From Chrysomallon squamiferum (taxonomy: Eukaryota; Animalia; Mollusca), in assembly GCA_012295275.1 (NCBI GenBank), contig CM022665.1, forward strand, positions 48,918,001 through 48,982,000: a DNA stretch of 64,000 bases, in the 5' to 3' direction. The notes under the pieces were generated by a model. That model saw only the letters and a list, made by a program, of their open reading frames with translations, was not told where the DNA came from and made no database searches. The translations under genes and the position numbers were made by a program. Below, piece after piece: positions 1 to 39,171 of the stretch. The stretch's first letter is position 1, and each line of letters starts with the position of its first letter.

Positions 1-245
1 TCAGAAATAATCCTCGTTATGTTCATTAATACACCTCATTATTACATCAATCGCAAACCTGCAGGTGACACACCTCTCCTCTCTCAGAAACAATCCTCGT
101 TATGTTCATTAATACACCTCATTATTCATAGTGTTTGTCTCTCAGAAACAATCCTTGTTATGTTCATTAATACATCTCATTATTCATAGTGTTTGTCTCT
201 CAGAAATAATCCTTGTTATCATTATTCATAGTGTTTGTCTTTTAA
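1..245. repeat. Intronic tandem repeat (TCAGAAAYAATCCTYGTTATGTTCATTAATACAYCTCATTATT...)
   Basis: About 4 visible imperfect copies. Confidence 0.8.
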
Positions 246-364
246 TAATAATCCTGATTATGTTAATCAGTGTTAGCTGAAGATTCTTACATCTCTTTAT
301 TCATAGTTTTGTTTTTGGTAATAACTCTGATTATATCCTTAATGTTATTTGATCTGTTGATTTA

Positions 365-1039
365 AGTTTCTTCAGGACTCTGTATTTTATGTGAGAATAT
401 TTAACTGTTGTAGTTTGTTTTGTTTATTAGAGGACTCTCTAGATAGACATTATCTGTGAGAATATTTAATTGTTTTAGTTCAGTTTATTTTATTACAGGA
501 CTCTGTAGTATCCTATACAAATATTTGACTGTTGTTCTGTTTGTTTCAGGACTCTGTAGTAATGTGAGATTATTTAGTTTGTTTTGTTTGTTTCAGGACT
601 CTGTAGTAATGTGAGATGATTTAGTTTGTTTTGTTTGTTTCAGGACTCTGTAGTAATGTGAGATGATTTAGTTTGTTTTGTTTGTTTCAGGACTCTGTAG
701 TAATGTGAGAATATTTTGTTTGTTCTGTTTGTTTCAGGACTCTGTAGTAATGTGAGATGATTTAGTTTGTTTTGTTTGTTTCAGGACTCTGTGGGTAACC
801 TGTGAGAAATATTTAGTTTGTTTTGTTTATTTCAGGACTCTGTGGGTAAATATTTTGTTTGTTCTGTTTGTTTCAGGACAAATGTGAGATTTTTAGTTTG
901 TTTTGTTTGTTTCAGGACTCTGTGGGTAACCTGTGAAATGATTTAGTTTGTTTTGTTTGTTTCAGGACTCTGTAGTATCCTGAGAATAAGATGATTTGTT
1001 TTGTTTCAGGACTGTTTGTTTTTGTTTTGTTTGTTTCAG

Positions 1040-1046
<7 letters not shown>
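365..1046 (+). repeat. 47-bp minisatellite containing the splice acceptor TTTCAG|GACTCTG
   Basis: CAGGAC at 373, 496, 547, 594, 641, 688, 735, 782, 833, 874, 913, 963, 1007 and the true acceptor at 1037. Confidence 0.92.
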
Positions 1047-19628
<18,582 letters not shown>

Positions 19629-19692
19629 GACACGTTGGTCGACCGGCTGGTTGTCACGGTAACGGGCGATCTCTACAGAAAGAGAAAGATAA

Positions 19693-19723
<31 letters not shown>

Positions 19724-22700
19724 ACACCTGGTGAGAGATTGTCGCAGTTATGCAGAGAGATGTCGCAGTGTCTTCGTGTGTTGAAATCATGAATATTTTT
19801 TAAAATTTTAACATCTTGACTAGTATTTGAACATCCAGCCATGTTTGTGTAGACAAAAAGTCTGCACAGACATGAACTAAAAAAAAAAAAAAAAAAAAAA
19901 AATAATAATAATAAAAAAAAAAATCTGAACTGTAGTTTTAGTAATGCATATTGATGTGCTTAGATAGTTGTGTTAGATTCAGAATTACAACTTGTTAGTC
20001 GAACTTTGTTCATCCCAAATCTCAGAGTGGGTTTGTGTTTGCTGTGTTGACAGTTTATGTTAGTACTGCTGACAGTTCATGTTGACAGTTTGTACTACGA
20101 CAGTTCCTGTTTGTACTGTTGACAGCTCATGTTGACAGTTTGCATTTGTACTGTTGACAGTTTCGTGTATCCGTTGACATTTCACGATGACAGTTTGTGT
20201 TTAATGTTCATGAAGAGTTTGTGTTTGTACTGTTGACGGTTCATGTTGACACTTTACGTTTGTGATGTTGACAGTTGTTGTCGACACTTTACATTTGTGA
20301 TGTTGACAGCTGTAAGTGTCAGGTGTGATATTTGTGTGAACTGGTTTTGGTTTGCTGTTAACTTCATCTAATATCACTGTTAAACACAAACACAGTTGGT
20401 TTTGATGTTGTTAGTAAACAAACTGTACAGAGATAACTTTGTTAAACTGTTTTGTAATAAACAAATATTTACAACTGTAAATATACTCAGAAAAATGAAA
20501 TGTAAATATTTACAGTTATAAATGTATGAGGAGAAAGATATTTATACTGAGGTTAATTAAATTATATAGAAAAATATTTTTATTAATTAAGTAACAAAAA
20601 TACTGATGTTACTTAAATGTTGTTATTAGTAAATTGAAAAAAATAATGTTAATTAAATAATAAAAATATTGTTATTAATTAAACTGCAAAAATACTATTA
20701 TTAAATATAAAATAAAAATGTTATTAATTAAACAGTAAAAATGTTTTACTAATGAAATAGCAATTATTATTATTATTAATTAATAACAAAAATACTGTTA
20801 TTAAATAGTTAAAATATTGTTAATAATTAAATTGCAAAAATACTGTTATTAATTAAATAATAAAAAATGTTGTTATTAATTAAATAGCAAAATTATTATT
20901 ATTAATTAATAACAAAAAAAAAAAGATTGTTATTAAGTAAGGAAAAATATTGTTATTAATTATATAGTTAAAATATTGTTATTAATTAAATAGCAAAATT
21001 GTTAGCAACAAAAATGTGTGTTATTGTGATATTTGTAGTTACAACAATTGTTATTATGTTGTTAACCATTCTAGTGCTGGCCATGTCTTTTTCAGTTGTT
21101 GTTTTTTATGACTACACAGACAGATCAGCACAAGGCTGGTGTCTGAACCTTGTTTTATGTGACCATTGGAAATGATGTGTGGACTGTGTAAACACAGACT
21201 GTGTATATGTATGACTGTAAAATCTGTGTATATACAATACAGACAGCAGTAAAAGCGTTAAATCAGTTAAAAATTTTAAGAATTTTGGTTTATATTTGTT
21301 AGGAAGCATGTGTAATGTGTTTAAACTTTTCAACAGCAGTGAAAGTCAGTTATAAACAAAGTGATGTGCTTGGTTTTTCTACAAATTGTTGTTTTGAAAT
21401 ATTCTGTCAGCGACACAGAAGATTTGGTTTTCTTGTAGACATTAGGAATGATATGCAGTGTGTATGGAACTTAGATCAACACCAGCGAAAGGGTTAAATC
21501 AGTTAAAAAGAAAATTGTGTGGGGGTTTTAGGGGGTTTTTTTTTTTGTTTATTTTGTTTTAAACTGTTTAAATTATTCTGTCAATGTTGTAGAAGATTTG
21601 GTTTAAAGACGTTAAAATTCAAACATACAGTAGTGTGTAGGTTAATTATTTAAAATCAAGGAATCAACTTTGTTTTTAAAACTGAATGTGTATAATGAGA
21701 TCACAAACTTCAGTTTATCTGGAAAAGATTTCAGAGCAGAGAGTAAAAAACTGATATTTGTGTTAGTGTTGCTTTTTTTTTTTTTTTATTTAGTGTTGGA
21801 TCAAAGTTAAAACTCGTACGAGAAATTTACATATCAACTTGTTCTTGGTTGTGAAAAGATTGCTGTTATCTCATCCCTATCACTCTTCATTTATAGACTG
21901 GCTAAATGTCACAGGTTGAAAATGATTAAGTAGCAAAAAATATTGTTGTTAATTAAATTGTAAAATATTCTTATTAATTAAATAGTAAAAATATTGTTAT
22001 TAATTAAATATTAAAATATTGTTATTAATTAAATAGTAAAAATATTGTTATTAATTAAATAATAAAAATATATGGAAATATAATCCAGATTTTCTGTTGA
22101 AATAAAATCTAGATTCTGTACTGAAATTGAAATAAAGAATTTATAACAAAATAAATACTAAATTCCGAATTCAAATTAGGATTTCATAATGATGTATAAT
22201 TTTGTACGTTTAATGTGAAATATAATTTAGACTTCATTCTGAAATAGTCTGTATATGAGACAGAGAAATACAAATCAGAGATTACTCTGTGTTTTTTTTT
22301 GAAATAGGGATAAGATACAGGCAGACTTACACAACTTTGAACATTATTTTGAAAGCACAAAGATCTTTATGAGATTGTTGCCATTGGAAACACAGCTGTG
22401 TTATAATATGCAATGTGCCAAACAATGCATTGGTAAAATCTTATTTTTATTTTTGTTTTCATGTAAAATTCATTTGATTTAATTCACCGATTTGTTAAAC
22501 CATTTATAATAGTCAATGAATGATTTTTTTTATTTACAGAATTGTAGATTAATTTTTTTCTTTTTTTCTTTTTTAAATTTTTATATGTTGCATTCAGTAG
22601 ATATATGTGTAAAAATGTTGGGTTTTTGTTTTGTTTTTTTAAATACTGAAATTTTTAAGCAGACTGTTTAAAACAGATTTTTACCTGTGACCTAGTGAGG

Positions 22701-22920
22701 TGTGAAAATCACTCGTGTGTTACGTGATACTTTTTGTGTTGCTCATCTTTTGTAAACATCAAGGTTTTCACATTTCAAAATGATTTTTACTGTTTTTGTC
22801 AGATTCAGTATCTGTAGCAATATCTATCTATTTTAAGATAATATATATATTCTTTTCTTTCTTCTTTTTTTATATTTTTATATATATATATTTTTTTTTT
22901 TCACATATATACACATAGAA

Positions 22921-22951
<31 letters not shown>

Positions 22952-23719
22952 GAGAGACATATATCAAAGTAACTTTCTTTAGTGAATTTTGCTTTATTTT
23001 GCTTTCATATTTACCTTTAAGAATATCTAGAATACAGGTGTACAAACAATTTTTCTTCATTTAGAGCAGATAAAATTAATAAAATTTATTTGAAATTCAG
23101 TAATATACATTTTTATTCGTTTAAAAAGATATATATATATATATATAATCCAATTTAATGATGCAGCATGTATTAATAAACTAGTGTTGTTTATGCTAAT
23201 GAATTTTATTTAATCGCTTAATTTACATTTAATGTTTAATTTTGAGTTCCAAGCCGTGTATATGCTTTAGTGATGTTGGAGGTTCATATTTAGTCACTTA
23301 GTTGCTATACATGTATTGTTAAAATTATTATTATTATTATTATTATTATTATGTGACCTGTTTTTGGTGTGGTAAAAAAGCTAATAATCCAGAAAGGTTT
23401 TGGAACCAAAGGTTCTGGAAAATCAGTGACATACCAGTATCTTTTTCCTTTTTCTTGATGTTTTGTTTTTATTATTTTTGCTTTTCAAGTTCTGTCATTT
23501 TTATAGCTTTGTTTGCTGTGCTTTATTTTCTTACTTGTTTTTTACACCAATGTTTTGTATATGAAGAACAAATATTTTAAGATTTTAGTAGTATTATGAT
23601 TTTTGCACAGGTTATAATATTTATATAGCCAGTGTTTGTAAAGAAATTTCTGAATTTCTCTTCACTGGGCTATCGGATGTTAAAAGAATCTCATATTTTT
23701 TTTCTTTTTGATATATCCA

Positions 23720-24135
23720 ATATAAGATATCTGCTTTCTTGCCTATGTTTACAATCTGTCTACTTTGTCAACATATCCAGCACAAGATATCCGCTATCTT
23801 ACCTTTTACAATCTGTCTACTTGTCAAGATATCCAGCACAAGATATCCACTATCTTACCTTTTACAATCTGTCTGCTTGTCGACATATCCAGCACAAGAT
23901 ATCCACTATCTTAACCATGTTTACAATGTTTACTTGTCCATGTATCTAACACATGATATCCACTATTTTACATGTTTACAATCTATTTGTCGACATATCT
24001 AACACAAGATATCCACTATCTTACATGTTTACAATCTATTTGTCGACATATCTAACACAAGGTATCCACTATCTTACATGTTTACAATCTATTTGTTGAC
24101 ATATCTAACACAAGATATCCACTATCTTACCCATA
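23720..24135. repeat. ~50-bp minisatellite (ACAAGATATCCACTATCTTACATGTTTACAATCTATTTGTCGACATATCTA)
   Basis: About 8 imperfect copies. Confidence 0.9.
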
Positions 24136-24633
24136 TTTACTTTTATTTATATATCACAGAGGTCAGTGTTTACCTCACACTGCCAGTCACACCTGTAATT
24201 TATGAATTGATAACAAAAATAAAGAATGTTATTTAACACTGTTATTTTTAAGGGTATGGCAGATAGCTTAAGTACTTTAAGTTAATCATAAATAGAAACT
24301 GTTATTAACATATGGGAAACAGCATTTTAGTCATTTCACTTAATATTGAAAATAAAGACATTATTATTAATATTCAGTCAGATAGGATTACAATCCTTTC
24401 AGATAATATCGAAATAAAGTCTGCTATTAACATTTTATCCAAAATAAAGATTCATTCTAAAATCATGGCTTATAGTGTTTCAGACATTCCTGATAATACA
24501 AAAAAATGAAGTCTGCTGTTAACAAAATGCTGAGTAATATTACAGTCCTTTCAAATAATACCATGATCAAGTAAATTGGTTTTCTAAATTAATAACACAA
24601 TTTTTATTTTTTTATTTTTTTTATTTTTTTTTA

Positions 24634-24665
<32 letters not shown>

Positions 24666-25003
24666 ATTCAATTATTTATTATTATTATTTGTATTATTAT
24701 TATTATTATTATTTACTTATTTTAATGTTTATTTTTGTTTTTAGTAAATCATTTTGACCTCTGGATCCAAAAGTGTTCATTCTGACTGAAAATAAATGCA
24801 ATAGATTAGTAGGTCCACATTCAGATCACTGAGAATTTTCAACAAGTAAAATAAATTCATCATTTGTAAACACAAATCTTGTTTAATTTCAAAGATTACT
24901 GTCAGTAAATAATTCTGTCTTTATCTCTAACTGACATCTTTTTTTTTTTTTCTTTTTTTAAATGTTCATTTGTCTTCTTTTTTTTAATATTCTCAAAAAC
25001 TGT

Positions 25004-25205
25004 ATAACCTTTTCAATGCCAAATTTTGGCATAACACAAAAACTTTCAGAAATTTACCAATTTTTACTCCCAGTATATACAAAATATATATATATAAAAA
25101 AATGACATATGCTATTTTTTGCACAACGCCATCTAGTGAGCAAAATGTTTGGACTTGAGCTAGTGTAGTATCTAGATATCTCACTAATGGCATCAAAAGG
25201 GTTAA
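25004..25205. mobile_element. Possible piggyBac-type MITE relic (~200 bp)
   Basis: Right end TGGCATCAAAAGGG|TTAA; its reverse complement matches left end ATAA|CCTTTTCAATGCCA at 14/18. Confidence 0.45.
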
Positions 25206-26040
25206 AACAGGTTTTTTCTTAATTTTTTTAATTTATTTTGGTTAGCTTAATGTTATATCAACATAGTTAACTGATTTTTGGTTTTAGCTTGTTTTTGGCT
25301 TGTTTTTTTGTTTTTTTTTTTTTAAATTGTGATCAAGATAATTAACTGGATTCAATCATGTAAGAAGAATAAAATGTTTATGAATCTGAAGGATTCTGTT
25401 AAAACCTGATAAAGCTTTGATTATTTGAGATGAGTATAGTTTTCTGATCCGTCAATTGCGTGGTTCATTTCTTTGGGTTTGAATAAAGTTCCTTGCCTAT
25501 TTGTTGTTTTGTTTGTCTTGATTTTTTTTGTTTTTGCTATTGTTTCAGCTGAAAATATTCACAAACTTGAACTGAACTGATTTATTAAAACTGATTTCAA
25601 ACAAACTGTTTAAAAAAAAAAATCAAAAGAAAAAAAAATCAGAAAAATCATATCTCCATTTACACAAAATGCCACAGGTTATAATTTAAAACCTGCATAT
25701 TTGTAAAATTATATAAGACTCAAGTTAACTGTTTGTAACATAACATGGACTTCTGAAACCAAAATGTTTTTCTTGTTTTATAAAAGTAGACATACAATTT
25801 ATGTACAAGTAAAAATAAGGAGATTTTTGCTTTGTTTAACATTTATTTAAGATTTTGTTTTAAATACCAGACAGTGTTAATACTGAGAAATGTAGAAGCG
25901 CCAGCGTGACAATACCCTTGTTCAAAATTTAAAATCATAACTTAAAAAAAACAAAAAAATAAATCAATCAATAAATCCATCAATTTTCATCAAAATAGAA
26001 AAAGTTTTTCAATTACAAAACAAAATTCAACTGGTCTTCA

Positions 26041-26071
<31 letters not shown>

Positions 26072-26531
26072 GTCGACAAAATTCAGAAAAAAACAAAACA
26101 ACAAACAACTAAATTAACCTGTCACTAACAGAAACTGGGTAAAACAATAAACGTTTTTTAAAATAAATACAAATGTTCTATCTCCCAATCCGAATGCAGC
26201 TCCCATGAGCAATGTCAAGACTACTCACAACACACACACACACAGACACACACACACAGACGTACACACATACACAAACAATAACATGTTAATTCTTGAG
26301 TTACATATTAAACCACAAATATTCTACCAAACACAGAATGGCCTTGTAGACAAGTCTATTAAGTAGACATACCAGTGATTAAGTAGTTATGATCAGTTAT
26401 TAAACAGATCTGTTCTGAGGTCGTTCAACTCTGACCAACATACTTCAACTTCAGTCAGCTGCTTTGCAAACAAATGTGATGGACGTGAATTAGAATGTAT
26501 TTTAAACAGAATGTTGAATGACCAGTGGTCA

Positions 26532-33147
<6,616 letters not shown>

Positions 33148-34402
33148 TGTGCAAAATTAAATAATTATTATCTAAAATATTAAAAACTGATCACAAAACT
33201 GGACGCCTTTCGTTGTTGTCGTTAGATGCAGACGACTGGTTTTCTGAAAATACTCCGAAGCTTTTAATGTTATCAGCGATACGTTCATTAGAACCAGTAT
33301 AGATACAGTGAACTAATTAGAATCGGAATATTTCTTCCATGTTTTATTTTATTAGCGGATTAATATAATTAAATTATTATGGCACTATAGATGGATTAAT
33401 ATAATAAAATTAGTATGGCACTATAGATGGATTAATATAATAAATTATTATGGTACAAGAACTTAAAAGTAAACGCAAGCTAGAGATATAATTTTTATAT
33501 ACGGAAAACTGTGGTTTTACTTAGCAGGTGCGGCTTGATGTCATTTTTAAAAACATTATGTCATATGATATTAGATTTTCTAATATGATTAATTACTGTT
33601 GATATAACAGCTAATTTTTAATAAGAAGTTTTATTTTGAAATTAAATAATTATGGATATGTCCTTTTTTAAGAATCATATTTATGGTGCTAGTAATGCTC
33701 AAATCGGTGCATTATGAATTATCATTAGAAATGGGACAAAAAAACATACATCTAGTAAAAAAAAAATTAAAAAGAAAAGAAAAAGTAAAACGAAGAAACA
33801 TTTTTTATTTTTGCCTTCTCAGGAAGTCAGATCATACTGGTTACGGTGGCCTGATGTAATAGCACTAAATACGTGGTCTACGTTTTGCACCAAGAGCGGA
33901 TAATTCATGTTTGAAAAAGAAAGAAGAAATTCAAATAAAGTCAAACCTTTTTATAAGGCCAAATTTATGTCTCTGTTGGTTTAGGCGTTATCATGAGTTT
34001 TCTGTGATTATGAGTTATTATATGCACCAAACCTCAGTACTGAAATAACAAAAAGTAAACTGAAATACGGATATCTTTATTCTGAGCGATAAGCTGGTAC
34101 CATTTGCACCGTCTCTATTCACTTTTTCCCTCAAATATTTGAGTGATAGATCTGGTTTTAAAGTCACTGATTTCACGGCTGCAGTGTCGTTTTATAGTGC
34201 AAAGCAAGAGGAAAGGAGAGGGGTACTGCCGTAAAAAGCTGATTTCCTCTGAAGATTTCAAAAATGACTTCATTAAAAATATAATTAATATTTTTGAAAT
34301 ACGATTATATTATAGACTTGATGATCGTAGACAACGTCTGCTGATGGCGGTTTAACGGATGATTTTGCATTAACGTGTCGCCAGAACCACTGGTGGATAA
34401 CA

Positions 34403-34506
34403 GGGGCGGTAAAACAAGGACATACATTTAAATACGGGCGATTGGCTTTGAATCATTTATGGGACGGTTAACGGGAATGACGGTGTAGGGAGATGGGCGT
34501 TATAAA
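34403..34506 (+). promoter_or_regulatory. Putative core promoter of the CYP39A1-like gene (divergent from OSCP1)
   Basis: GGGGCGG at 34403, ATTGG (inverted CCAAT) at 34441, TATAAA at 34501, in a CpG-containing stretch 54 nt before the ATG. Confidence 0.45.
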
Positions 34507-34554
34507 GAGGTTCGACTATAGTCTAACTGTCAAAAGATAACAAGTTGAGTTATA

Positions 34555-34863
34555 ATGGCGTTAACGGTCGAAGTTATTATAGGTCTGACAGTCTCACTGG
34601 TTATTTTTTTAACAGTTTTAATTAGAAAAAAGAAAAATAATTATCCTCCTTTATATCGAGGATGGGTTCCGTGGTTCGGTTGCGCGTTCGAATTTGGCCG
34701 AGCACCACTTCAGTTCATCGATACGAAACGAAAAGAGGTGGGAGTTTTGAATGTGTGTGTGTGTTTGTATGTGTTTGTGTGTGTGTGTTTAAATAAAGGA
34801 TAAAGAGATGTTACTGGATGCAGTTATTTATTATCACTTTTATTTATTTATTATTATTTTGGT

Positions 34864-34912
<49 letters not shown>

Positions 34913-37900
34913 TGTTTAAGTGTGTTGTATTGTTATTATTTTTGTTTTTATTATGTTACTCAATGTAATTTCATATTTCTAATTTAGTGTTTAGTATAAT
35001 CCAGAAAACACTTTGTTAATTAAGTATGTTAGATTATTTGGTTAGTTTTTGAGAGAGGGAAATAGATGTTATCATTACATTTATACTGGAGGTGTGTGTT
35101 GAGTTTTAAATGTGTATTACTGTTTTAGCTGGGTGTATTTATAATATTAACATTTGTTAATTGTATTCATACTGGAGCTATGTGTTACTGTTTTAGCTGG
35201 GTGTATTTATAATATTAACATTTGTTAATTATATTAATATTGGAGTTGTGTGTTGAGTTTTAAAAGTGTATTACTGTTTTAGCTAGGTGTATTTATAATA
35301 TTAACATTTGTTAATTATATTCATGTGTGTTACTGTTTTAGCTGTGTTACTGTTGTAGCTGGGGCCGGTGTTCACGCTGTACGTTGCTGGAGAAAGGCAG
35401 ACGTTTCTCATGGATCCCAGTGACCTTGACATTTTCTTCAATTCCAAAAATGTCGAGTTCCAGAAAGCAGTACAGCCGTCTGTTCAGAAAGTTGGCGAGT
35501 GACTTTGTTTGTAGTGTAGACAGACAAACAAATGTACAAACACAGATGCTCATAAAAATATACATACACACAAGTACTTTCATTATGAATATGTATATAC
35601 ACATAGACATATAGATATACATATATACTCGCACCAACATACACATAGACACACATACACAGATAACATATATATACACATACTCAGAAAAATAAACCAC
35701 ATACACACTTATACACACTCAAATTCTTCAAAATATATAGAGAATACTGAATTTTTTAATACATTTATAGATAATTATTGATGAATCATATAAATAAATT
35801 TAGAAAAATAATTTTGGCAGCTACACTTAAAAAATTTATTTTTTATGAAATTTATAAAAAATTATTTTTGTTTCAGCCAACATACCTGAAGCAGATTTCA
35901 TGCGCTATCACTCGGTATTTCATGACACCGTGAAAGCAAAGCTGTCTGTGTCACAGCTGTCCACTTACTTACACAGTGTCCAGTCTGAGTTCAGACAAAA
36001 CCTGCAAAACATAAACACAGACGGTAACGTTTTTATGTGTGTGTGTGTGTGTCTCTCATGTGTGTATGTATGTTTGTATAAGTGTACGTGTTTGTGTGTG
36101 TGTTTACATATATATTATGCTTGTGTCTGTGATTGTATTTAAGCATGTGTTTGTGTGTATATGTATGTATTTATGTATTAAGTGTATTTATGTACATATG
36201 TATGTATGTGCATACATGTGTGTGTGTATGTATGTATGTGTTTGTCTGTTATATTTATACTTAATATTTGTAATATACAGAAATACTAATTATAAGACAA
36301 ACCAAAGAATACATTTTTATTTTTTATTCCATTTAAGCAGTATTTTTGAAATTATCTGTCAGATTATCTTGTTGTAAGAACACCAGGAAAATATATGAAA
36401 AAAAAGAGTATTGCTACATGTGTTCTGTTTGAAAAATATTTTACAGCAAAACTACAGATTATCGAGAATTTTATTTGTTTCAGGTATTAAGAATCTTAAC
36501 GACGTTGTGCGAGGTGTGATGTACAAAGCAGTGATGACAACGTTGTTTGGTAAAAACGTTTTACCAACAGCTTCTCAAGTAGGCACAATTCTTAAATTTT
36601 GTAAACATGGTTTTTGTTAATATTTCTTAATCCTGCTAACATATTTCTTAATACCACTAACATAGTAACATAGTTTTTAATCTGACTAACATACTAACAC
36701 ATTAATACATGCTTTCTGTTCTCAGACAAACATGTTTGAATTTACAGTGAATAATGTATGAGTATTTCAGACAATGCATTGACACAGACTCTCCAAATTC
36801 ACTATGAGTAAACAGCACTTTGGGATAATTTCTAATGTAGGCTCAATTTGCAGAGTTTGAGCAGCACTTCACTAATTATTTTTACTGTAAACTCAACTTC
36901 ACTGTGAGTAAAACAGTTCTGAGCAACACTTTGGTGATTATTTTCGTTCTGATCCCCACTTCATTATGAGTAAACAGATTTTGAGTAGCAACTTCATTGT
37001 TTATTTTTGTTGCAGGCTGAATTTGAAGAGTTTGAGCAGCACTTTATAACTTTTGATGATCAGTTTGAATACGGTTCTCGTCTTCCACCATTTTTGATAA
37101 AGTAAGTGTCGGTAGTCGAGTTTATCAGTGAAATCTTGTACTGTGTCATACAAAATCTCACAGTTTTCTCTCTCTCTCTCAGTAAATATTCAGTGTGTTA
37201 CTGAGGTAGATTGTTATCAGAACGGTGGTTAAATTGAAGTGAGTTTTATTTTGATTTGTTTGTGAATCCATTTTGTACATGGCAGGTATATCATTTCTGT
37301 ACAATATTTGCGATGAATATATTTTTAATTTAAATTTTTTTTTTTTTATAACAACAAACAAACAAAATAGTTAATCATGTTTCATCACAAATATTATAGA
37401 AATAGGTTGATAATTTAAAAAAAAAAAAAAAGAGGTTGTAATATTGTGTAGTTGTTGTCAGTGATGATGTTATTTCAGAGAATGGAGCAAGTCAAAGCAG
37501 TGGTTGTTGTCTCTTTTCACTGATGTCTGGAATCAGTCCAAACCTAGTAAAGATAAACAGGTTTGTTTATTTACATCTATGTGATCTTGTGTTGCAAGCA
37601 GACGGCAAACACCAGCCATGTTGGATAATCAACTGAATTGTCTGTTATTTCATTTATTTCCCAAAAGTCTTAACAAAACTGAAAATCCTAGCCTTGGTGT
37701 CATTTCTGAAAATTTAGTAAAATATTTTTTTAATGATATTCATTACATTTATTTTTTAAAAAAAAAAAATTGGATCTTTTTATTTTTTATAATTTTTTTT
37801 TTTTTATAAAATATCATTTATGCCTCTATTTGCAGTTAATGGTTTATTGTAAAATAATTAATAATATTTGTAAAATTTAATATATTTACAATAAGGACTG

Positions 37901-39108
37901 TATATATAATATAGTTCACACAGATTTCAAATAAATGGTAGATATATGTTTTAATTACATTTACAAAGTAAGTTAGGTTTTTATACATGTAAATTACAGT
38001 TTTTGAATTGTGTTTTTCTGTTCAGTGTCAGACATTGCTGATGTCGTTGTTTGAGAATGTTGAATGTCCAGTTATGCCAAACTTCTCCATGATGTTGTTG
38101 TGGGCGTCGTTAGCCAATGCAATACCGGTGAGATAGCATTTCAGTTCTTGTAAGATAGATATATGTATTTCAGTTCTTGTAAGATAGATATATGCATTTC
38201 AGTTCTTGTAAGATAGATATATGTATTTCAGTTCTTGTAAGATAGATATATCTATTTCAGATCTTGTAAGATAGATATATGTATTTCAGTTCTTGTAAGA
38301 TAGATATATGTATTTCAGTTCATGTAAGATAGATATATGTATTTCAGTTCTTGTAAGATAGATATATGTATTTCAGTTCTTGTAAGATAGATATATGTAT
38401 TTCAGTTCTTGTAAGATAGATATATGTATTTCAGTTCTTGAAAGACAGATATATGTATTTCAGTTCTTGAAAGACAGATATATGATTTCAGTTCATGTAT
38501 ATGTATTTCAGTTCTTGTAAGATAGATATATGTATTTCAGTTCTTGAAAGACAGATATATGTATTTCAGTTCTTGAAAGACAGATATATGCATTTCAGTT
38601 CATGTAAGACAGATATGTATTTCAGTTCTTGTAAGATAGATATATGTATTTCAGTTCTTGTAAGATAGATATATGTATTTCAGTTCATGTAAGATAGATA
38701 TATGTATTTCAGTTCTTGTAAGATAGATATATGTATTTCAGTTCTTGAAAGACAGATATATGTATTTCAGTTCTTGAAAGACAGATATATGCATTTCAGT
38801 TCATGTAAGACAGATATGTATTTCAGTTCTTGAAAGATAGATATATGCATTTCAGTTCATGTAAGACAGATATATGTATTTCAGTTCATGTAAGATAGAT
38901 ATATGCATTTCAGTTCATGTAAGATAGATATATGCATTTCAGGTCAGTATTGTTAAAAACCAATCATACACTGTTTTTATTTATTTATTTATGTACTTAC
39001 TTCAGTTATTTTTATTTTGTTTTGTTTTATTTTGTTTATTTTTTTAATGTTTTTATTTCTTTTTATTTATTATTTTAATTTTTTGTATGTATGTTTGTAT
39101 GTATTCAT

Positions 39109-39171
<63 letters not shown>

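Noticed and set aside
38128-38943. CRISPR-like appearance of the 29-bp and 47-bp regular repeats
   Set aside because: Head-to-tail units with no unique spacers, eukaryotic introns, no cas genes
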